Source of the DNA: a virus
Lineage: Duplodnaviria > Caudoviricetes
Virus record (IMG/VR): IMGVR_UViG_3300043039_000093
Location: 1-46,600 of that record
Strand: one strand, 5' to 3'
DNA: 46,600 bases
Positions 7,683 through 16,700 of this stretch are shown piece after piece. The position numbers and the translations under genes were made by a program. Numbering within the stretch: the first letter of the stretch is position 1; each line of letters begins with the position of its first letter. The notes under the pieces were generated by a model. It saw only the letters and a list, made by a program, of their open reading frames with translations. It was not told the origin of the DNA and searched no databases.

Positions 7683-8881
7683 ACTTACAAGCAAAGATTA
7701 AGCGCGACATTGATAGTCATGCGCCCATGAGCTGCACAGGGCTTGAGCATCAGCTTGCATCTATCGACTTCAAGGCGCTATCACGCTATGACGGTGATGA
7801 TAGTGAAGCGGCTTACACAGTTGAGAATGGTGTAGCAACTATCGATGTACGTGGCTTGCTAGTACCTGAGACCTCAAGCGACTATCGCTCATGGGGCGTA
7901 ACAGGTTATGCAAACTTAGCGGACTACATACAGCAAGCCAATGACGACTACACAGTGACTAGCATTGTCTTAGACATTGATAGTGGCGGTGGTTATGTCG
8001 CAGGGCTTGACGGTATCACCGAGACTATCTACCAGTCTACAAAGCCTATTGAAACGTTCGTCAGTGGTGATATGTATTCAGCTGCTTACTGGTTAGGTGC
8101 TAGCACAAGCAAGGTTACAGCATCCAAGCAATCGGGCATTGGCAGCATCGGTGTTTATGTGGTCCACACCGAAGAGAGCGGATGGCTTGAGCGTTACGGT
8201 GAAAAGGTTTCATTGTTCCGATCAGGCAAGTGGAAGGCAGCATTCAACTCATTCATGCCACTGACAGATGATGAAAAAACACGTTTACAAGAAGGCGTCG
8301 ATGAATCAGCAAGCATCTTTTTTAATCATGTGGCAGCACAGCGCAATGTTGATGCTAAAACAGTTAAAGGCTGGGAAGGCGATGTATTTACCGCCGTCAA
8401 AGCCAAAGAATTAGGTCTGATTGATGTGATTGCTGACAGTGTCGCAGTCTCAAGCAGCACCGCACAGAGCAACAATAACCCCGAGGAGTACGACTTGAAC
8501 GAGTTAGAGAAGGCGCAAGCCAAAATCGCAGAGCTGGAGAAATCCGAGGCTCTAGCCAAGCAAGAAGCAGTAGATGCTAAAGCCGCTGCACTTGCTGCAC
8601 AAAATAAATTAGCGGAAACGCAAGCGTCAACACGCCAAGCTGCTATTGATAAATTAGCTGCTGATACTGGCCGCACGTTTGACGAAAGCCAGCTAAACGC
8701 ATTTAAAGCAATGGATGAAGCGCAGTTTGCTGTAGCTGAGTTTATGGCTAAACCTGTTGAAGCAAAAGCGCCTGAACTGCCAGATGGTCTTGATAAAGCT
8801 CAAGCAACAAATGGCCGCGAAGGTGGCGAAAGTAAAATTCTAGCGGCTGTCAATGCTGCAAAAGCACAAGGAGCTAAATAA
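7679..8881 (+). CDS. prohead protease (S49/SppA family) with C-terminal scaffold (lambda C-like)
   Basis: LDIDSGGG, SAAYWLG, GSIGV motifs; Ala/Lys/Glu-rich coiled-coil C-terminus. Confidence 0.92.
   Translation: MNLQAKIKRDIDSHAPMSCTGLEHQLASIDFKALSRYDGDDSEAAYTVENGVATIDVRGLLVPETSSDYRSWGVTGYANLADYIQQANDDYTVTSIVLDIDSGGGYVAGLDGITETIYQSTKPIETFVSGDMYSAAYWLGASTSKVTASKQSGIGSIGVYVVHTEESGWLERYGEKVSLFRSGKWKAAFNSFMPLTDDEKTRLQEGVDESASIFFNHVAAQRNVDAKTVKGWEGDVFTAVKAKELGLIDVIADSVAVSSSTAQSNNNPEEYDLNELEKAQAKIAELEKSEALAKQEAVDAKAAALAAQNKLAETQASTRQAAIDKLAADTGRTFDESQLNAFKAMDEAQFAVAEFMAKPVEAKAPELPDGLDKAQATNGREGGESKILAAVNAAKAQGAK
8495..8881 (+). CDS. nested scaffolding protein (lambda Nu3-like, 128 aa)
   Basis: In-frame TTG at 8495, 6 nt after GAGGAG, right after a Ser/Asn linker and at the start of the coiled coil. 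Confidence 0.65.
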   Translation: MNELEKAQAKIAELEKSEALAKQEAVDAKAAALAAQNKLAETQASTRQAAIDKLAADTGRTFDESQLNAFKAMDEAQFAVAEFMAKPVEAKAPELPDGLDKAQATNGREGGESKILAAVNAAKAQGAK

Positions 8882-9261
8882 TGGTTGATTTCAACTATAC
8901 AACTGAGCAGCCGTTAACAGTCGATGTTGCACCTATCACTGATAGCGTCGTACCTACAACTGGTACTGCATACAAACGCGGTGACTTACTGGTGATTGCT
9001 GCTGGCACCAACGTAGCGACTCACAGTGATGCATCAACAGGCGCACAAGCTGATTGGCATGTTATCTGTCTGGCTGACGTAACTGCTGAGCAAGCCACTG
9101 CCAAGATTGCTGCAGGTGTTGAAATGCCTGTGTATGTTGCGGGTAAGTTTGATGTTGCGGAAGTCAAGCTGAACGGCGTGGCACTCGATGCGACTCAAAA
9201 ACTAGCGGCGCGTGCATACGCTAATCGCTCAACTAAAATCACGCTTAGCGTAGTTAAATAA
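8881..9261 (+). CDS. head decoration protein (lambda D-like)
   Basis: 126 aa between protease and capsid; YKRGDLL and VYVAGKF motifs. Confidence 0.8.
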   Translation: MVDFNYTTEQPLTVDVAPITDSVVPTTGTAYKRGDLLVIAAGTNVATHSDASTGAQADWHVICLADVTAEQATAKIAAGVEMPVYVAGKFDVAEVKLNGVALDATQKLAARAYANRSTKITLSVVK

Positions 9262-9273
9262 GGACAAATATTT

Positions 9274-10368
9274 ATGGCTACTTTTAATATCGAAGGCGCT
9301 GAAATTGAAACAGCATCTTTTGAAGAACTTGGCGCGGTTTATGATCATAGTAAGCCGGTCGACACTTTTTTCCGTGACCGCTACTTCAGCGATGAAGAAT
9401 ACTTAAACAACGAAGACAAAGTACCTGTAGGTGACATCAAAACCTATATTCCGCTAGCACCTGCTGTGGTACCAACAGCTCAAGGCCGTGTCATCAAAGA
9501 TAAGGTTGAGTTGAATGTTAAATATATTCCAGCGCCTTACTTTAAACCTGCCTGTGTTGTAGAGCCTAGCAGCAAAATTAAAGCGAAAATGCTCAAGCTA
9601 TTGCAGACCATGCGCGTGATTGCTACCAATGCTGCAGGTGTACCGCCAACAATGCAAGATGAGTGGGAAATGGCAGCAGCAGTGTCTTACTGGACTATCC
9701 GCGAATCATTGTCTGCCCGTATCGCTATTATGTGCCGTGATGCTTTGCTGTACGGCAAGGTTGTTGTAGAAGGTGATGATAATGCGGGTGTGACCGTTGA
9801 TTATGATCGTCATAGTGACTTAACGTTTAGTCCGCTTATTGCATGGGACCAAGCAGGTGCCACGCCATATGAAGACATTCGCGGTATGGTCAAAGACTTG
9901 GTGAAGCATGGTAAGCGTCGCCCAGTTGATGCATTAATGTCTAGCCGTGTTTTTGATGCGATGGCTGACAACGCCACTTTTAACGATAAATTCACAGCAT
10001 CAAAAGACAGTACTGCTACTCGTGTGTTTGATGGCGCCTTTGGTGGCGAAACTGAAGCAACTTTGCGCGGTACGCTTGACGGCATTGAATTTTGGACGTA
10101 TGACGCTGAGTTTGATACAGAAGATGGTACTAGTGAGCTAATGATTCCAGAAGATGGTTTTTGGTTAATCTCTGAGCGCGCTAATAAGCTGTACTTCTGC
10201 ATGATTAAGCATCGTAAAAACCCTGCTAAATTAGCAATGGAATTGATGCCTTACCATGTATTTAGTGATGATCCATCGGTCGATAAGTTTATTGCTGACT
10301 CTAGCCCTCTGCCTGTGCCAATCAATAAGAATGGTGCGTGTGGCGGTACTGGTTTTATCACTCTTTAA
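9274..10368 (+). CDS. major capsid protein (lambda E family)
   Basis: 364 aa; FFRDRYF, LAPAV.P...G, PYFK, VDY.R motifs; AAGGA RBS. Confidence 0.9.
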   Translation: MATFNIEGAEIETASFEELGAVYDHSKPVDTFFRDRYFSDEEYLNNEDKVPVGDIKTYIPLAPAVVPTAQGRVIKDKVELNVKYIPAPYFKPACVVEPSSKIKAKMLKLLQTMRVIATNAAGVPPTMQDEWEMAAAVSYWTIRESLSARIAIMCRDALLYGKVVVEGDDNAGVTVDYDRHSDLTFSPLIAWDQAGATPYEDIRGMVKDLVKHGKRRPVDALMSSRVFDAMADNATFNDKFTASKDSTATRVFDGAFGGETEATLRGTLDGIEFWTYDAEFDTEDGTSELMIPEDGFWLISERANKLYFCMIKHRKNPAKLAMELMPYHVFSDDPSVDKFIADSSPLPVPINKNGACGGTGFITL

Positions 10369-10386
10369 TATCAACTAACTTTAATC

Positions 10387-10413
10387 GCCCTGTCTAATCG
10401 CAGGGCTTTTTTT
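10387..10413 (+). terminator. intrinsic terminator after the capsid gene
   Basis: GCCCTG-TCTAATCG-CAGGGC plus T7. Confidence 0.85.
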
Positions 10414-10423
10414 GGAGAAAATT

Positions 10424-10678
10424 ATGTCTAAGTATATTGCAAAACAATCGGTAGGTCGTTTTAAGACTGGCGAAGTCGTCGAAGGCTTGACCGAAGATCG
10501 TGCCAAATTTTTACTAAGCAAAGGTGCTATCGAAGAAGCTGACGGTGAAGGCAATGAAGTAGTGGAGCTAGAAAAGCTTACCAAAGCCGAGCTAACAGCT
10601 TTACTCGATGAAGAAGAAATCGACTACAACGACTCAGATACCAAAGCTGAGCTAATCGCACGCTTTCCGAAGGACTGA
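10424..10678 (+). CDS. small virion-associated protein with HeH/LEM-like C-terminus
   Basis: LTKAELTALLDEEEIDY...TKAELIA; RBS GGAG. Confidence 0.75.
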   Translation: MSKYIAKQSVGRFKTGEVVEGLTEDRAKFLLSKGAIEEADGEGNEVVELEKLTKAELTALLDEEEIDYNDSDTKAELIARFPKD

Positions 10679-10680
10679 TT

Positions 10681-11118
10681 ATGTACGCGACTCATGACGA
10701 TTTAATAAGCCGCTTTGGTGCGCTTGCTATAGCTGAGCTTGAGTCGATGCATAACGACGGCTTGCTTGCGGTCACTAACGCGCTGTCAGACGCATCAGAG
10801 AAGATGAACAGTTACTTATCCATACGCTATCAAACGCCATTGAATAAGACTGAGCATTTGAAACTGGTGTGCTGCAATATCGCAAGATACCTACTGTACA
10901 TGAACGACGCAACGGGTGAGCCAGAAGACCGCTATAAAGAGGCGCTTAAATGGCTGCAAGACGTTGGCGCAGGTAAGGCTAATGTCACGTTTGCTGAGCC
11001 ATTGAGTGCCACCGAACAACAAAGCACTTATGTTAAGCCTGCTGTACCAATTGGGAGTAGCTACCCTGGTCAAATATTTGGTGATGATGTCTTTGCCAAG
11101 ATGCCTAATGTGAGGTGA
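10681..11118 (+). CDS. head-tail adaptor (DUF1320 / Mu gp36-like)
   Basis: MYAT..DL..RFG, AL.DAS...YL..RY..PL, CCNIARY.L, RYKEALKWL. Confidence 0.9.
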   Translation: MYATHDDLISRFGALAIAELESMHNDGLLAVTNALSDASEKMNSYLSIRYQTPLNKTEHLKLVCCNIARYLLYMNDATGEPEDRYKEALKWLQDVGAGKANVTFAEPLSATEQQSTYVKPAVPIGSSYPGQIFGDDVFAKMPNVR

Positions 11119-11558
11119 CTATGTTTGATGCAGAGCTATCAGGTGGGGACGAGATAATCAGACGGCTGGGCGACTTGTATTTTGATAATAAAAAAATGCA
11201 GAAGTTTAGCCGCTTGACTGGTGCTGAAATGGTCCATCAAACTGAGGAGCGTTTTTATAATCAGCATGATCTACAGCGTCAGCCGTGGATACCCTCTCAA
11301 CGTGCAATAAAGCAAGGCGGCGATACACTACGCAAAGATGGTCGTTTGTTAGCGTCATTGACCTATATTGCTCTTCCTGACGGTGTGAAGTGGGGCACAA
11401 ACGTTGTTTACGCTCGCATGATGCACTACGGCGGTAAAAAGGCGATATTCCCGCACTTGTGGGGCGATATACCTGCTAGACCGTTTTTGGGTATGAACGA
11501 GAACGACCGCGCTAGTGTGCTTAACATCATTAATCGAATTATGGACGTGGACTTATGA
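11115..11558 (+). CDS. virion morphogenesis / tail completion protein (Mu G-like)
   Basis: TL..DGRL..S, GTNVVYA..H.GG, IPARPFLG. Confidence 0.9.
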   Translation: MTMFDAELSGGDEIIRRLGDLYFDNKKMQKFSRLTGAEMVHQTEERFYNQHDLQRQPWIPSQRAIKQGGDTLRKDGRLLASLTYIALPDGVKWGTNVVYARMMHYGGKKAIFPHLWGDIPARPFLGMNENDRASVLNIINRIMDVDL

Positions 11559-11977
11559 GTAATTATTTTGCAGTAGGTCTTGGCCTAATCGAGCATTTAG
11601 AAGCTAAGGCTGACGAGTGGGGCGTTAAGCACATCGGAACTGTCGCAGATATCAGCAAGATTAATAAGCAAATCACACCTGCGCTCTATGTTGTCAATAC
11701 AAGCAATAATCCGAACGCTATCGGCTCACTAGACAGCGTGGACGTGCAGCAATGGACGGTTGTTATCGCAGTCAGTAATCAAGCCTCACAGACAGATACA
11801 GCAGCTCTTATGCGCGATGCAGGAGAGCTTATCGGCAAGGTGATTAATCATGTGCAGGGTTATCAGCTAGATGACTGGCACGGTGCCTTACAGCGTACTA
11901 ACACATCAGGCAGACCAGACTATTTCAGCACGTTTGCGCTTTACCCTTTCACTTTTAGTACACAATTCAAGCCTTAA
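11555..11977 (+). CDS. tail terminator protein (Mu gp37-like)
   Basis: 140 aa before the tail tube gene; TPALYV, QQWTVVIAV, YPFTF. Confidence 0.7.
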   Translation: MSNYFAVGLGLIEHLEAKADEWGVKHIGTVADISKINKQITPALYVVNTSNNPNAIGSLDSVDVQQWTVVIAVSNQASQTDTAALMRDAGELIGKVINHVQGYQLDDWHGALQRTNTSGRPDYFSTFALYPFTFSTQFKP

Positions 11978-11994
11978 TTGAGGGGAATTAACTC

Positions 11995-12732
11995 ATGGCA
12001 GATAATTTAAACCAATCCCACGCCTTTATTGGTAAGGGTAAAATCTATATGACACCAGTTAAAGATGGTGTTAAGCAGTCAGCATTTTGGGTGGGCGTAG
12101 CGTCAGCACTTGCGTTTAGTCACTCAGTCGAGGACAAACAAGAGCTGTTTGAACATCATTCAGGCAACTCGCAACTTTGGGACGTGAGTGAGGGTAAGAA
12201 AAAAACCTCTATCTCATTAACCATTCAAGAGCGTCGCGATGATGCAATGCGTGCAGCACTGCAAGCAACTGTTGAGATTGTGGCAGCCGCTACCGTAACA
12301 GGCGAAAGTCATAACATTGGCGAAGTTGGCGATATGGCCTTTTTGAAGCATGGCAACGTGTCAGACGTGGCAATTACTGATGCAGATGCAGGCCCGTTAG
12401 TAGTTGGCACTGATTACACGGTTGATGCTGATTATGGTCGTATTGAGCTAGTCACAGGCGGTCATACAGCGCCATTGTCTATCGATTATGGTTACGGTGA
12501 GTCTAAAGTAACCAAGCCTATGACCGACGATGTTGATTACTACGAAGTCCGCCTTGATGGTATCAACACGGTTGGTCAGCAAGGTCGTCAGATTACGACT
12601 GCTTACCGCGTCAAACTTGATCCAGCTGATACTTATGACCTCATCAATGAGAACTTTGCAGAGATGAGTATCGAAGGTGAGTGTCTGTTTGATGAAGATG
12701 CAGGTGCAACGTATCAGGTTGTGAACCTTTAG
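11995..12732 (+). CDS. major tail (tube) protein
   Basis: FIGKGKIY N-terminus, internal GTDYTVD..GRI Ig-like insert, G.N...YRVKL.P; followed by a terminator; no sheath gene in the genome. Confidence 0.85.
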   Translation: MADNLNQSHAFIGKGKIYMTPVKDGVKQSAFWVGVASALAFSHSVEDKQELFEHHSGNSQLWDVSEGKKKTSISLTIQERRDDAMRAALQATVEIVAAATVTGESHNIGEVGDMAFLKHGNVSDVAITDADAGPLVVGTDYTVDADYGRIELVTGGHTAPLSIDYGYGESKVTKPMTDDVDYYEVRLDGINTVGQQGRQITTAYRVKLDPADTYDLINENFAEMSIEGECLFDEDAGATYQVVNL

Positions 12733-12736
12733 ATTT

Positions 12737-12770
12737 ATAGGTCTATGTGAAATTGCATAGACCTGTTTTT
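12737..12770 (+). terminator. intrinsic terminator after the tail tube gene
   Basis: AGGTCTATG-TGAAATTG-CATAGACCT-G plus T5. Confidence 0.85.
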
Positions 12771-12823
12771 ATTTAATTAAGTGACTGCGTGACGGTTGCT
12801 TACTCAAATAAAAAGGACTCATT

Positions 12824-13255
12824 ATGCGTACTAATGCACAAACCAAGCTGACGAATACAGCGACCAATGAGGTTATCGTCTTATCAGACAGCCTTTACCC
12901 AGAGGGTGAGCACGACTGGTCAGCGATAGTATCAAGCAATAAGTACGCGCTTGACGGCACTCTAATAATTGAGCAGTCAGAGCGTAAAGCTGGCAGACCG
13001 TACACGATGCAAGCGCCTGCTGGTCATGGCGTGCTATCACGAGCAACGGTCAATGCGCTCAAATCTGAGCGTGACAAGCTAGGCGCGACGTTTTGGCTAG
13101 ACTATCTAGCAGATGGGGCGGTAAAGCGTGTAAAGGTGATATTTGACACGACGCAAGAGGCCATCAATGCAACGCCAATCAAAGGCTCGACCAGTCCACA
13201 GTTGACTGATTATTACAATGTAAAGCTCAGTTTCTTAGAGATACCGAGCGTGTAA
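12824..13255 (+). CDS. putative distal tail (Dit-like) protein
   Basis: E.DWS......YALDGTLIIEQ..RKAGRP.T motif typical of the small gene that follows the tape measure in related gammaproteobacterial siphophages. Confidence 0.65.
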   Translation: MRTNAQTKLTNTATNEVIVLSDSLYPEGEHDWSAIVSSNKYALDGTLIIEQSERKAGRPYTMQAPAGHGVLSRATVNALKSERDKLGATFWLDYLADGAVKRVKVIFDTTQEAINATPIKGSTSPQLTDYYNVKLSFLEIPSV

Positions 13256-13291
13256 ATGGTATGATTAAGCATACTTTTGATGGGGTGTGTT

Positions 13292-13501
13292 ATGAGTGAT
13301 GATAAAATAATTACCATAAATGACATAGATAGATTGCGTGACGAGCGCGATAGTATTTTTCGCAACATAGAAGCGTCAACAAACACATCAGAGCGCAAGT
13401 CGTTAAAATGGGCTTGGCACATAAAGCAAGCGCAGTTAAGGCTATGCACCGATAAAATCAGCTCTTTGCCTAGCAGCGATTTTGGATGCGATAATGAGTG
13501 A
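13292..13501 (+). CDS. hypothetical moron protein (69 aa)
   Basis: RBS GGGGTG; upstream extended -10 TGG-TATGAT at about 13257-13265. Confidence 0.55.
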   Translation: MSDDKIITINDIDRLRDERDSIFRNIEASTNTSERKSLKWAWHIKQAQLRLCTDKISSLPSSDFGCDNE

Positions 13502-13538
13502 TAAATAGCATTAATATAAATTATAAAAGGTGTTTAAT

Positions 13539-13643
13539 ATGAAAACTGTATCATTCGATGACTATATAGCATCACTACCTATCGAGCGTCAAAAGCGCAT
13601 TAACGATAGAGCAGCAAAACTAATTGCCAAGATTAAAAAGTAA
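13539..13643 (+). CDS. 34-aa peptide resembling the N-terminal helix of HigA-type antitoxins (not in the ORF track)
   Basis: MKTVSFDDYIASLPIERQKRINDRAAKLIAKIKK; RBS AAGGTG 6 nt upstream; terminator just downstream. Confidence 0.7.
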   Translation: MKTVSFDDYIASLPIERQKRINDRAAKLIAKIKK

Positions 13644-13661
13644 ACCCTAATAGTAAAACCA

Positions 13662-13688
13662 TAGCCCACTCATCGTAGTGGGTTTTTT
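13662..13688 (+). terminator. intrinsic terminator closing the moron
   Basis: AGCCCACT-CATCGT-AGTGGGTT plus T-run. Confidence 0.8.
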
Positions 13689-13715
13689 AATGCCTAAAAT
13701 TTGACGGATGACGAC

Positions 13716-16700
13716 ATGGCAATTACTCAAAACGATTTAGAAATACTAAAGTCTGAGATTATGGCTGATACGCCTGATGGTGGTGGATTGCCAACGGGTA
13801 TTGCTGTTATCGATGGCGTATCTAATAACTTATTCCCCGATGTATCTGACATTGACCGCTTATTGGGTCGTGTACGTCTGCGTAAAGTATCGCTAGCAGT
13901 TAAGACAGCTAATGCCGAGCTATTGCAAGCGACTCGTATGCTATTTACAGAGCTACCTGATAACCCAAATATCAGCGTGTTTGCCTTTAAAGCAACATCG
14001 TTTGCAGACCAGCGTTCAGATGCTCAGAACAAGATTGAATCATATCTAACGTTTGGCTCGCGCTGGTCAGGTCATGTGCTCGAAACACAATTAGAGGGTC
14101 AAAGAGTAATACAGATATCGCTAAATAGTACAGACGATGTGCCAAAAGTTGGCAAAGCTTTGGTACTTGTACAAAACGAAGGGCAGTCTGACGAATTTTA
14201 TCAGTATCTACGCCCCACGAATGTTGATACTGCCATGCGTAGCTTTACGCGCAACACAAATGGCAGTGTTACCTCGGTGAGCCGGACTGTTGCTACTATC
14301 GAGTTTGGCGAAGCATTGCGCTACACGTTTAACGGTCTGACGGTTTCTGAGTTTTACAATAATAGCTCAACCGCAAGACGTGCTGTATTGCGTGAGGCGC
14401 AAGTGTCTGATGCTGCTAAATATTACAGTGCATCGCGTTTGTCTGAGCCAGTAACAGCCATGAGCACAAGACAGGTGCGCCTAAACTCGGTCTATGTGCA
14501 AGTTGTGCCAAGCTCAACTACTGAGACACCACTACCACTGATTGACCCTGTGGGGCAGTCTAGTACCTTAGTACGCGCATCTGATGGCACAATTAGCATC
14601 AACAAGTCGGTATCTGTTAGCTCAACGACACCATGGCAAATTGGCTCAACCATTTATCCATCATCTATGTCGTTGACTATTAGTGGCATCACGATGACTG
14701 ATGTAGATGGCGAGTTAAAAGACTCGTCTGGCAATATCTACGCATCAGTTGATTATAGTAGTGGCCTTGTCACATGGTACAACACAGCAAATTTTGGCAT
14801 ACAAACAGTGGTGGGCAGCTTTGCACCTGCAAGCTCATTGATGCGCGTCATGCAAAGTGAGATTATCTACACGCCAGAAAGCTCGGTTGGCACAAGCTAT
14901 TTGCGCCAATTACAAGCCAAGCCAAGTCCTAGCAGTATGCGCGTCAGCTTTCAGGTTGGCGGTAATGTAACGACGATCCGTGACGATGGGCGCGGTAATC
15001 TGATTAATGATGATGGCACTGCATACGGTATTTTAGATTACGAAAATAGCTTAGTGCAGTTGGTGCTGCCAGCGATACCTGATTCAGAATCAGCCATTAT
15101 TTTTACGTATTCAACCGATTTGGGTACGGTCAGCGTTGGCGGTCAAACAATCAAAGGTGGTTTTGAGTTTGCAGCAGGTGCCTACCTACCGCCAAACTTT
15201 ACTATTACATGGGGCAGTAAAACAGCTACCGTGACAGGCAGTGTTATCAGTGGCGATGCAACAGGGACTTTTGATGGGTCAGTAATACGTATTACACCTA
15301 ACACGCTACCAGCGCCCAATACTGTATTTACCATCACGTATGACAAGCCGGTTAATGATTCACAAGTAAAAAAGGGTGATATAACTGTTCCGTTTTCATC
15401 AAAAAATACGTTTAAATTTAATATTGGCAAGGTTGATGCGGGTAAATTTAATGCACGGTTCCAAGTAAAGCAGGGTAACTGGGTAACGGATAGTTTTGAG
15501 TACGTTAAGCTGCCAGAGTGGGGTTTTACGATCAAAGATGATGGCGCAGGTAACATCGTTAAGATCGCGAACAATGGCGCTAGCCCTAACACTTGGACTA
15601 AAACCTCAAAGGACTTGGTTTTTGATATTAGCGGTACGATTAATTACGCGACAGGGGACGTAACCATCTTTTTTGGCGCAACCGCTGAGCTTATTGATGT
15701 AGTCGCTAAAATCAGAAAAGATCCTGCTTTTAAATATTTTAAGTATATTGACGCTAAAGTTGTGTCTTACTCAAACAAGTACACACCTGTGACCGCTGAC
15801 GCAACAGAAATAGATGTTATCTATAGCGCAACAGAGGACTTGTCAGGTATCACGACAGAGACATTGACGCGCAATGCAACCGAGTTAAAACTTACAATTC
15901 CTGATAGCAACGGTGCGCCCGTGTTATCAGGTTCTGTTAGCTTGTTAAGTGCAAAAGATATTAACGGCTCAATGACGGTCGATGGCGTAACTGTTGGCAG
16001 TATTGAATATACAACAGGTAACGTCACGCTCACATCGTGGGCACAAGTTGCCAACAATATCAATGTAGATAGTGCTGTCCGTGAGTTTGCGGTGCCTGCA
16101 TTGTCAAGCATTGCATTTAGGACGGCTAGCGCGCCCATTAAGATAAACACATTTTCGATTCATCTAAAAGCAGGTGGTACTACATACCAGTTGCAAGCGG
16201 ATGAGGACGGTGTGTTTGACCAAGCGGTTGCTTATGATGGATTTCTTGGTAACGACATATTGACGAATGGCATTACGGGTTTTATTGATTATCAGACTGG
16301 CGTTGTGGCGCTTTACGGCAATAATATCGATCCTGAATCTGTGACTTATACAGGCATGGCCTACAGCTATTTACCACTTGATAAAGACCTGATTGGACTT
16401 GATCCAGTGCGCTTGCCGACTGATGGTCGAGTTCCATTTGTCCGTAAAGGCGACAGCATAGCTATCACAGAGCTTAAGACAATGGCTCTGCCAACAAACG
16501 CACCAAACGACACGTTTGATTTGGGTTTTGAACGATTATCTGATGTAGGTGTTGTTGATGCTAATGGTTTAAAAGTGAGCTTTGACTATCTCGATGTTGA
16601 TTTAGATGCAGGTACTTTGACGCTTAATAGTATGTTTGATATGTCATTTTATACAGCGCCACTGACTGCTAAATATCGCATTATGGATATTGCGCTAGTC

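Noticed and set aside
5003-11977. Mu-like transposable phage
   Set aside because: Mu-like head and neck genes are present, but there is no transposase A/B; a tyrosine integrase, attP and O/P replication genes are present instead
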